A stretch of DNA of 38,494 bases from Malassezia furfur (taxonomy: Eukaryota). The notes beneath the pieces are model-generated. The model was not told the DNA's origin, did not search any database, and saw only the letters and a list, made by a program, of their open reading frames with translations. The position numbers and the translations under genes were made by a program. The stretch is from NCBI GenBank assembly GCA_052055015.1, contig JBQJIT010000060.1; one strand, 5' to 3'. Shown in pieces: positions 19,187 to 28,319 of this stretch (positions within the stretch are counted from its first letter, which is position 1; every line of letters starts with the position of its first letter).

Positions 19187-21836
19187 ATGTCTAGCAGCCG
19201 TATGCGGAACAAGAAGCTGAACTACAAGCAAAAAAGTGCGTACCATGACGGGCCGACCAGTGACGCCGTGGAAATGTGGAATTATGCATGTTTACGGCGG
19301 ACTGGTCGGCGTAGTTCCCAGGCAAAGAGCAGGCTGACCGGCAGTATGTATCCAGCGCGGTTCGCTACAGGGCGCAGGCAATGCGCTTGTGAATGGTGTG
19401 GCGCCCGAGTTTGAGAGCAATGAGAACCAACAGGATGAGACGTTTGGTGTCGACTCGCACGAACTCACGGAGCACCACCTGCAAGCGGCGCTGTCGTCGC
19501 ACCAGCTCGAAGCGACCCAGACGTCGACGAGCGGCGCGACGAAGCGTGCCTACCACATCCCCACCCCCAAATCGGTCGAGGTGCTGAGTGTAAAGCAGTA
19601 CAACGATCTGTACCCTCCTAATTCCTACTCTGACCCGGTCACCTATGTACGATATTCGGATACGGTCGAGAGCAACACGCGTGGTGCGCCCTACTGTCTC
19701 GACGAGGACGACCAAGGCTGGCTCGACAAGCACAACCAGAAGGCCAAGAGCGAGCTGGAGCAGGCGCTCAAAGGCATCAAGGGCGCACAGGCGCAGGCCA
19801 AAGAGCACGACCTCGCGCAGCAGCACCCCGACAAGTACCTCGTGATCGACGAAGACCAGTTTGAGACGGTCATGTTTGTGTTTGAGCGGGCCACGTGCGA
19901 GCACCACCCGCTGCTGGAGCTTGACTTTGCCAAAGTGCCGACGCTGGACGACTTGCTCCCTGAGTTTGACGAGACGTCGGCCGCCGCAGAGCTGGCGCTG
20001 CCGGAGCTGCCGCCGTATCGCGCGCGGCCGGCGGAAGCGCTCGATGGCAAGCCTGTCAACGGCAAGCTCCCGTCCAAGGGCGCAGGTGCGAAAAAAGGCG
20101 ACGCGGCCGCGCCCGTGTGGAGCGCCACGAACCCATTTCGGCATCTGCCCCTCCTCAAGCCGTGCGCGCGCGTCATTTACCCGTGGTGGCGACTGCGGCG
20201 GCAAGCGCGAGATGGCAAGCCGATCGTGCCGAGCCTCAACTTTGACGAGAGCAACGACAGCGACCCGTACGTGTGTTTCCGCCGTCGCGAGGTGAAGACG
20301 GCGCGCAAGACGCGCAAGACCGATACCCTCCAGCTCGAGAAGCTGGTGCGGCTCCGCTCGGAGCTGATGCAGGCCACGCGTCTGTTCGAGATGGTGGCGC
20401 AGCGCGAGCAGCTCAAGGAAGAGCAGGTGCGCGAGGCACACGCATGCTGGACACAGGCGCACCGTCTGCTCCAAGTCAAGCTCGAGTACGGCTTCACGGC
20501 GAGCGTCAAGGGCGCCGAGGACGAGAATCTCATCTTTGGCGTGCAGCCGGACCCGACGGCGCCCGTGCCCAACGTCGCGGCAGCGGCACACGCGACGCAG
20601 CTCAAGAAGAAGCGCAAGGCAGACGAGGCGGCAGCGACCCCGACGACGCTCAAGCTGCGCCGTCCCAAGCCCGGCGAGGCCGAGGCCGCGCATGCGGGCA
20701 AACTGCATGCGCCCGACTCGGCGACGAACGGCATCGGCGCCGCGCTGCTCGAGCGTGTCAAGGCGGTGCAGGCATACATCGAGCGCGAGACACAGTGGCA
20801 CCAACAGACCGAGGCGGGTTTCGAGGACCTGACGGACGTGGCGTTCCAGCCGCTCGCCGCGCCACTGTCACAGCGCGCGTTCCGCCCCGTGCAGTCGGAC
20901 TCGCACGACACGCAGTTCTGGTCGAACCATCCGCTTGCGCGGCTCGGACGCCAGCCGTGCTTCCGGCGCCGTGTGGGTCGTGGCGGGCGTGTCTACCTGG
21001 ATCGCCGGCCGCTCACGGTCAGCCCCGCGCCGGCGAGTGTGCTCGCTTGGCCGCGCGGGCCGCACTGCTGGCCGCCAGCGCCGGGCGCGCGCGATGCGCT
21101 GCGCGCACCGGGCGAGCTGAGCGGCACGCAGCGCCCCATGATGTTTGCCTCGCGGCTGCGTCCGGCACTGCTGCCGACGCCCGACTTTGTGCTGGATGCG
21201 CCGCCGCCGCACAGCAGTGCGTACCCCAGCCGTGACGTGCTCCGCGCATCGCGTGCGCACGCCGAGGGTGCACGCGACGGCGGGGCCTTTGCTGCGGCGA
21301 GCCGAGCCGAGGAGGCGAGCACGTCGTCGGCGTCGAGCGAGCACTCCAAGTCGTCCGATGACGTTGGCGACGGGCAGAGCACGCAGGCGACCGATGTCGA
21401 GCAGGACGTGACGATGCACGAGTCCAAGGATCTTGGCATCGCGAGCGACTCGGAGGACGAGCTGCCGTCGCCCGAGGAGCAGCGCGAGCGTGCGCTCAAA
21501 CTGGCCGAGCGCTGGCGGTACGATGAGGACGGCGGTCGTTGGGCGGGTCTGGGCCTCTTGGGGCTCGGCGGCATGGAGGGCGACGAAGAGGCGGTGTTGG
21601 ACGACTACGACCACCGTTTCGTCCGGTACCGTATGTCGCTTCTCGACGAGAACCTGCTCAAGTTGTCCACTGACTGGACGTACATGCGCCAGGCCCTTGC
21701 GGCGGCCGAGATGCATCCGTCCGATGCGCACGCTGCCGCGGCGAACAAACCCGCCGCGCAAACGCCCGCCGACGTCAAACCGGCAAACCCGGCGCACGAC
21801 GAGCAGGCCGCCAAGCCTGCCCAGCGTGCGGCCTGA
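19187..21836 (+). CDS. EPL1: Enhancer of polycomb-like protein 1 (NuA4 HAT subunit)
   Basis: Exon 1 MSSSRMRNKKLNYKQK, then a 109-nt intron (19236-19344), then EPcA motifs GVDSHELTEHHLQAAL, HIPTP, YCLDEDD and DPYVCFRRRE, plus FRRRVGRGGRVYLDRR. Confidence 0.92.
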
Positions 21837-22334
21837 TCCAGCATCGCCGCTGCCCCCTTTCGATGGAGTGCGACGTGGATGTATCATACCGAGGATGTAC
21901 AGTACTGCATCGCGGCGATCGCGCCCTGTAGGCTGCGAGCGATTGCCAGCACTAGAAAAAAGACGTAGCGCTTCATGGAAGCCAATCTGTATCATAAACA
22001 AGGGGCCAGCTACGCGACACCCAACTCCGTGTGGTCACACACTGCCGTCGTACACGGCGCCGGCGTGTGCAGGCCGAGCCGCGTGCACGGCTCAATGCGA
22101 CTACCAAGTACCACACATACCATAGACGGCCTGCACCGTGCGATCGGCGAGCCGGTGCTGCCGCGGCCCTTTCCCGCGGTCAGCGTCGCGTCGCCTCGGC
22201 ACGCGCCCTCCCCCACAGACCCCGCGTGCGGTTCGGGAGTTTCTGCTATGGTCGTCTACTCCCCCACTCCTCCCGCGCAGCGCCATCGAGGCACTGCGCC
22301 AGCGTCCAGTGCAACGCACTCATCCGTGCGACGC

Positions 22335-22877
22335 TTAGAAGCCCGGCGGGCGCAGGCCCTGCGGCTGCGCACCCTGCGCGGCCGCAGCCTGTGCCGCGAC
22401 CTCCGCGGGCAGACCGCCGCCAGCACCGGGATGGCCACCCTGCTGCGCAATGAGCTCCTTCTCCTGGGCCGAGATGCGGCTCTCATCCTCGACAGCCAGC
22501 GCGAACGGCAGGCCGACGAGCAGCGCCGAGGTGACGCCGATCCAGATCAGCTTCCCAGCGACCCAGCCGCCAAAGTATGAGTAGGTCGACACAGTCTTCC
22601 ACGTCTTGGCGAGCTCAGCGCGCGTCGTCGGCGAAATGATGTCCTTCAGCGCCGCAATGCGGTCCAGAAGCGACTCGTCGCGCAGCGCGAGACCACGCTC
22701 GGTCACCTCGTCTTCGTCGTCCGACAAGTCCTCCTGTAGTCAGCTTCCCGTGCGCGGACGTACATCGTCGGACTCGTCCGAGGTCGCCTCCCAGTCCTTC
22801 TCGTCGTCGGCCGGGATGTCGAAGCCTTGTTGCCTGAGCTTGTCGGCCTCGTCTTGCACTTCTTCGATGCGCACCAT
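22335..22877 (-). CDS. TOM22: Mitochondrial import receptor Tom22
   Basis: MVRIEEV, acidic cytosolic domain, ESLLDRIAALKDIISP and TM WIGVTSALLVGLPFALAVEDE. 30-nt intron at 22734-22763. Confidence 0.92.
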
Positions 22878-22997
22878 GATCGGCTAATCGCCACCCCTCT
22901 GCGGCTGCACCCAACGGAAGATTTCCGGTCACGTGCTTTACACGCGCCGGGGTCCAGCGTCATTCGCCGTCCGTGCATCGGTCCTTTGTCAGCGTGG

Positions 22998-24059
22998 ATG
23001 AGCGCGGAGCCGAGCAAGGTGCCGCCGGACGCGCCCTTGGCGGACGAGGAGGCGCGTCGTGCGGCGCTTCGGCTCGCTGCGTTGCAGTCACGAAAGTCGG
23101 GTGCATCCGCGAAGAAGACAACACCGGCCAAGGACGCGCCCGACGGCGCCGCTGCGACACGCGCCGACGTGCCACCGACGCCGTCGCCGTCCTCGCCGCC
23201 ATCCGTGGATCGCGATCCCCCGGCGCGGACGCTGCCTGCGCCTCGGCGCAATGCGCAGAGAAGCGGCTATCGCGATGTAGATATGCCTGACACAGGCGCC
23301 GTGGATTTGCTGGCGTACTTGGACTACGACCAGCCGACCACCTCTACGGTCCCCGATGCCCACCGCGCGCGGCCGCGGATCTCGTACGCGGACGAGTTTA
23401 GCACACACCCTATTGCGCCCTCCGGCGAGGTAGGACTGGCACCCTGGCTTGACTTACCATTGGATGCTGCCGTGTCGTCACCGCCGTTTCACACCACCCC
23501 CAAATCGTTCCCGCGCCGGCAAAAGGTCGTCTCACAGAGTCCCAAACAGGATCCGCATGCGGTTGCACGCTCTATCACACAAAACACCTTTTCCAATTTT
23601 GTGAACCGGCCGTTGCGCGGTCCCTTCATTATTGAATGGTCCGACGACGAGGACGAGGACGAGGACGTACGTCGCAATGAAGAACGTCTAAGTGCGTTTG
23701 CCATGCGAGACGCGTTAGGCGACCACGCGAGGTCGGTCCTGGTCTCGTCTGCGGTTCTTTCGGAGAAGGAGCGCGAGATTCGGCGGATGCTCGCCCGCAT
23801 CCAGGAGCTCGAACAGCGCAAACGAACGCAGCCGAGCACGAATACGCGAGGCACGACGGGGGATGCGACCGGGGACATGACGGGCGAAACAAGCTCGGTT
23901 GTCCTTGGCAAACGGATAGGACCGCCGTACGAGGAGGCGGATCAGAGTGCCTACTCGACTGCCAAGGTACGTACGCAGTTCCACACTGCAAGGAGATCGC
24001 ATGAGGACTTATGGTGCAGCGGCCAAAAGCGGAGAGTGCTGCTCCGCACAGCACTGTAG
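22998..24059 (+). CDS. Hypothetical protein, disordered with coiled coil; 3' exon structure uncertain
   Basis: Long ORF from ATG 22998 with LRLAALQS, FIIEWSDDEDE and coiled coil LSEKEREIRRMLARIQELEQRK. GTACGT donor-like sites near 23967 and 24074 suggest unresolved 3' splicing. Confidence 0.6.
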   Translation: MSAEPSKVPPDAPLADEEARRAALRLAALQSRKSGASAKKTTPAKDAPDGAAATRADVPPTPSPSSPPSVDRDPPARTLPAPRRNAQRSGYRDVDMPDTGAVDLLAYLDYDQPTTSTVPDAHRARPRISYADEFSTHPIAPSGEVGLAPWLDLPLDAAVSSPPFHTTPKSFPRRQKVVSQSPKQDPHAVARSITQNTFSNFVNRPLRGPFIIEWSDDEDEDEDVRRNEERLSAFAMRDALGDHARSVLVSSAVLSEKEREIRRMLARIQELEQRKRTQPSTNTRGTTGDATGDMTGETSSVVLGKRIGPPYEEADQSAYSTAKVRTQFHTARRSHEDLWCSGQKRRVLLRTAL

Positions 24060-24371
24060 CAAACTCGTTCAGTGTACGTGGGATGCCCAGTTCTCCTTGT
24101 GATCAGACTAACCAACCCTATGGCAGATTGCAGGATGGATTCGCGATCGGTTTCGCTGGGCATTCGGCAATGCATCGTCGAATGCGGAGCGATGAAACCG
24201 GTATATTAGCCAATGTTGCTCATGCCTTGTCAGATACCACTATGGGTCGCGACAGCGCCCATCATACTGTACGTTGCGCAACCGTAGCGTGCACCATAAA
24301 AATTCAGTGTTGGTCCGTACGTCGCCTATTGCGGAACTAGCCCTGCGGCCGAACAGGCAAGTCCAAAAAAA

Positions 24372-24475
24372 TGCCCACTGGCTGGATCGAACAACCGACC
24401 TCGTCATGTCGCTAGGGACGTACCGCGATTCGCGGGAGGTACGAGTGACGCGCTCTACCACTGAGCTAAGCGGGC
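24372..24475 (-). tRNA. tRNA-Thr(CGT) with 32-nt intron (24408-24439)
   Basis: GCCCGCT/AGTGGGC acceptor stem, D arm GCTCAGTGGTAGAGC, anticodon arm CGTCA-CTCGTA|A-TGACG, T arm GGTTGTTCGATCCAGCC, 72-nt mature length and a downstream T-run terminator. Confidence 0.95.
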
Positions 24476-24564
24476 ATCACGGCTAACGCGTGCGCTCATT
24501 TGACAACATAATCATTTGGTAAACATGGCAGGCGTGACAAAAACTTTTGTACAATGCAAAAAAA

Positions 24565-24667
24565 TGCCCACTGGCTGGATCGAACAACCGACCTCGTCAT
24601 GTCGCTAAGGACGTTCCGCAATCGCGGGAGGTACGAGTGACGCGCTCTACCACTGAGCTAAGCGGGC
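24565..24667 (-). tRNA. tRNA-Thr(CGT) with 31-nt intron (24601-24631)
   Basis: Exons identical to copy 1; T-run terminator. Confidence 0.95.
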
Positions 24668-24738
24668 CGCCGATACATGAGCCCAACAATTGAGAGTATA
24701 TGAGAGACATGTACGCTAAGCAGATTATCAAAAGGGAA

Positions 24739-24841
24739 TGCCCACTGGCTGGATCGAACAACCGACCTCGTCATGACCCAACGGCCAACCGCGAATCGCA
24801 GGAGGTACTAGTGACGCGCTCTACCACTGAGCTAAGCGGGC
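24739..24841 (-). tRNA. tRNA-Thr(AGT) with 31-nt intron (24775-24805)
   Basis: Same exons as copies 1 and 2 except anticodon AGT. Confidence 0.95.
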
Positions 24842-24921
24842 TCTTCCGCGACTGCCACGCGACATGTGTCAACATAATCATGACATATGATGTCGAAGCT
24901 GTCTTAGCGCGCAAAAAGAAA

Positions 24922-25023
24922 TGCCCACTGGCTGGATCGAACAACCGACCTCGTCATGACCCGAAGGCCGACCGCAATCGCGGGAGGTACTAGTGACGCG
25001 CTCTACCACTGAGCTAAGCGGGC
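24922..25023 (-). tRNA. tRNA-Thr(AGT) with 30-nt intron (24958-24987)
   Basis: Same exons as copy 3; T-rich terminator. Confidence 0.95.
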
Positions 25024-25226
25024 TTTGGTTATGTCACGGTCCGAGTTAAGATTACATGAGGATGTGCGCCGCTAATGCCGAGATTTTGTTACGGTGGTTA
25101 GGGTTATCGACGCACGTTTTTATGTAAGCCCAAAATTGTCGCGCACGCGCGCGTCTCGCATAGGGCTTGTTCGTCCGCACGCAGTTTGACCGCGCAGGAC
25201 CCTGACCTTTGGGCCTTACCTTCATC

Positions 25227-27939
25227 ATGTCGATGGAACTTGAGGGCACCGAGCATCATTTCGAGCCTTTCGAGGTCTCGGCCCCTCATGTCATCTACGT
25301 GGCTCTGGGGTTATTTATCGTGGTGGTACGTTGACGCTTGGCTCACCTCTAGTTCGGCATGTTCTCCATGTTAATCAAGGAGAAGTTGTATTTGGGCGAA
25401 GCACCTCTTGCTATGCTTTTTGGTATCATCATTGGTATGTTAGTGTGCAGTACTGGCTAATGACAGGCCCGGTGGCCGCGACAATCTTTGACCCTGCAAG
25501 CTGGGGTAACCAGAAATCTTTGACACCGGGGGACGAAACCACCAACGAAATTACATTGGAGGTAACTCGCGTCTGTATTGCCTTATCCGTCTTTGCTGTG
25601 GGCGTTGAAGTACGTACCTTATACCCTCGCTCACACCCCAGTTACCCAAAAAATATGTCTGGCGACACTGGAAATCGATCGCAATGCTGTTGGGACCCGT
25701 GATGGTCTGGAGTTGGATCATTTCATCCTTGCTGATCTGGGCGCTGATTCCTGGCTTGGACTTTCTGAACTCGTGCGTGTAATCGCTGACCCAGTTTGAT
25801 GATTGGCGCCTGTTTGTCGCCCACCGATCCCATTTTGGCGCAAGCCGTCGTGGGTGGACCTTGGGCTGAGCGCCATGTCCCTGCGCATATCCGTCATGTG
25901 CTGCAGTGTGAGTCGGGGTGCAACGATGGTGCTGCGTTCCCTTTTCTATTTCTTGCCTACTACTTGACCGTCAACCGCGGCCAAGTGGGCTTCCCCGTGG
26001 GCAAATGGTTTTACCGTACGTAACGTGCGCTGACGCAGAAACGTGGGCGTGGGAGATTTGCCTTGGGACCTTTTTGGGCGCCATGATGGGCTTCTTGGCA
26101 CGCCGTCTGATCCGCTTCAGTGAGCGCAAAAAGTTGGTGGACCGTGAGAGTTTCGTGGCGCAATACGTCAGTCTGGCGCTGGCGAGCATGGGCGTGAATG
26201 TGCTGTTGGGCAGTGATGACCTGCTAGCGGCCTTTGCGTGCGGAAGCGCATTTGCGTGGGATGGCTGGTTCCAAAAGCAGACGGAGGACTCGAACTTTAG
26301 CAGCATCATCGACCTGCTGTTCAACATTGGCACGTTTGTATACATTGGCGCCATTATGCCATGGCACGACTTTGTGAACAGCGAGATCAACCTGTCCATT
26401 TGGCGCCTGATTGTGTTGGCCATTCTTATTCTGCTGCTCAAGCGCATTCCGATTGTGGTCGCCTTGTGGAAGTTTATTCCCGACATCAAGACGTTCCACG
26501 AGGCGGTGTTCTCGGGTTACTTTGGCCCGATGGGTGTTGGTGCCATTTTCATGTCGACCTACGGCCGTCTGCTGCTTATCCAGCACGTGGAATACCCTCC
26601 GCAGACCACCAACGATGTGCTGGCGTTCACCATCCAACCGATCGTGTTCTTCCTCGTGCTGGCCTCCGTGGTGGTACACGGCTTTACGGTGCCGTTCTTT
26701 GCCTTCGGCAAGCGTGCACATGTTAACTTGAGCCGTACTCTCAGCATGGCGCCAAGCTATGCGTTCTCCATCGACGAACCTGGCTGGGTCACGAGTTTGC
26801 GCCGCACCATGACTGGGGCCACGGGCCATGCGCCCCCGGAGGAGGAGCCGACCGGGCAGACGTCCGTGGTGGAAGCCATGCACCAGGGCCTGCGCCGCCT
26901 GCGCGAGCCGAGTGTGTCGACCGACGAAGAGTCGCAGCACGGCACGATCCCCGAGGTGTCCAGCCTGCGCAAGAGCGAAGTCGAGGAGCTGGGTACCGAA
27001 GAAGATCGTGCTGTGCCGGCCAATGACGAGGAGGACTGGGGTGGTGAGGATACAGCCGAGATGCGCAAGTACCGTCGGAAGAAGGCGATGGAGCGTCGTG
27101 CTGCGGAGAAAGAGCATGGGGCCGACGACGAGAAGGACATTGCGGATATGGCTTACGACGACACAGACGAGAACAAATACCCGCGAGTGAAACAATGGCT
27201 CGAGGGTCACAGCATGGTGCTGGAGTACCAGGAGCAACCCTTGTCGGAGGCCAAAACGGTGGTTATCCCCATCTCGGACAACGACTACCGTGCGCTGCGC
27301 GAGCAGAACAGACCGTTCCATGCGTGGCTCGCGCGCCACAGCGACAAGCTCGAAAACTACTTTGGTTGGGACGAAGATCACCCACTGGAAGAGTCGCACA
27401 TGTCGCAGCTGTTCAGCAAAGGCATCCCGCACCAGATTTCAAAATACATGACGGACTGGCTTGGCGCCAAGAAGAGCGACCCGTCCGAGATCCAGGCGCA
27501 GCCCGAGTTTGGCAACTACACCCAGGATCAGTGCCTCGGCAAAGGCACTCGGACACACTCGAGCCTCATTCAAGAGACACCTACGGAAGGCTCTAGCGGC
27601 ACCAACGGCACCAACGACACCAACGACACCGACAGAACCGTTGGCAATAACGCACCCGGTACCATCATCTCGGTGCCGCCGCCCAATACGTGGCGTTCGG
27701 CCACCAATACGTATACGTCTATCGAGACGGACAAGTCGGCTCCGTCAGACGAGCCGTATGATTCGGGCATCTTGCGCTCTCACGATACCTCGAGCCCCGA
27801 AGAGCGCAACGAGGGCACCGACTCTGGAGCGGAGTCGGACGCCACGGACTTGAATGTACCGCGCGTCTCCTTTGCCGCCTACCGCCCGCCGGGCGTGACG
27901 AAGGAGGAGGCCGAGGCGGAGTCCAATGCGTCTTCGTAG
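25227..27939 (+). CDS. NHA1: Plasma-membrane Na+(K+)/H+ antiporter Nha1/Sod2 family, 6 exons
   Basis: Introns 25326-25352, 25435-25466, 25610-25641, 25773-25794 and 26016-26038. Motifs IKEKLYLGEA, VGVELPKKY, SPTDPILA, ESGCNDG, GSDDLL and FGPMGVGA. Long hydrophilic C-tail. Confidence 0.93.
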
Positions 27940-27987
27940 ACGTAGAACTGGGATTGATTCATGCATAGGGTATCTGTAAATGAGTAC

Positions 27988-28305
27988 CTAAATCAAGCGG
28001 AACATGTTTTTCTTGGTCTCCTTGCCGAGACCGCCCTCGTACTTTCCATCCACAATGCCGACTGCATGATGCCCGCCTTCGCGGTCCATCAGCCGCTCGT
28101 GGATTTCGCGGTCGCGGTCAGAGACGGAGCGCTGCGGCGCAGCATCGTCGCGCGGTGCCTCCTTCTTGGGCATCTCTTTCGGTTTGTGCGTGGGCTCCTT
28201 GCCAACGCAGCGCGTCGTGTGCAACACACGGCTCAGCGTGGGTACGCGGGACAATGCTTGCCACCCGCTCGACATCGTCGCTAGGTGGAGGCCTGTTCTG
28301 GACAT
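27988..28305 (-). CDS. Small uncharacterised protein, probably mitochondrial (start could be ATG 28275)
   Basis: 105-aa ORF with an Arg/Ser/Leu-rich, acid-free presequence-like N-terminus (SRVLHTTR) and a conserved-looking C-terminus DREGG...DGKYEGGL...KKNMFRLI*. It fills the gap between NHA1 and TAD3. Confidence 0.7.
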   Translation of the reverse strand: MSRTGLHLATMSSGWQALSRVPTLSRVLHTTRCVGKEPTHKPKEMPKKEAPRDDAAPQRSVSDRDREIHERLMDREGGHHAVGIVDGKYEGGLGKETKKNMFRLI

Positions 28306-28319
28306 TCGCCCTTTTTTTG

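Noticed and set aside
19365..22001. Long antisense ORFs (479 aa and 377 aa; likewise 5970-7193, 26224-27432, 32274-33392)
   Set aside because: These are shadow frames of GC-rich genes with strong codon bias and have no recognisable domains.
24372..25023. CRISPR-like appearance (identical ~36-nt blocks alternating with variable ~31-nt segments)
   Set aside because: The blocks are tRNA exons forming a full cloverleaf and the 'spacers' are canonical 37/38 introns. The context is eukaryotic with no cas genes.
27600..27632. 9-nt repeat CACCAACG(G/A) in NHA1
   Set aside because: A short coding microsatellite (TNG/TND) in a disordered tail; unremarkable.
28155..28319. N-terminal extensions given by the ORF track (TAD3 from 28155, ARC40 from 14306, PHO88 from 14490, unknown gene from 22827)
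   Set aside because: They rely on non-ATG starts and/or overlap divergent genes. Homology-consistent ATGs lie downstream.
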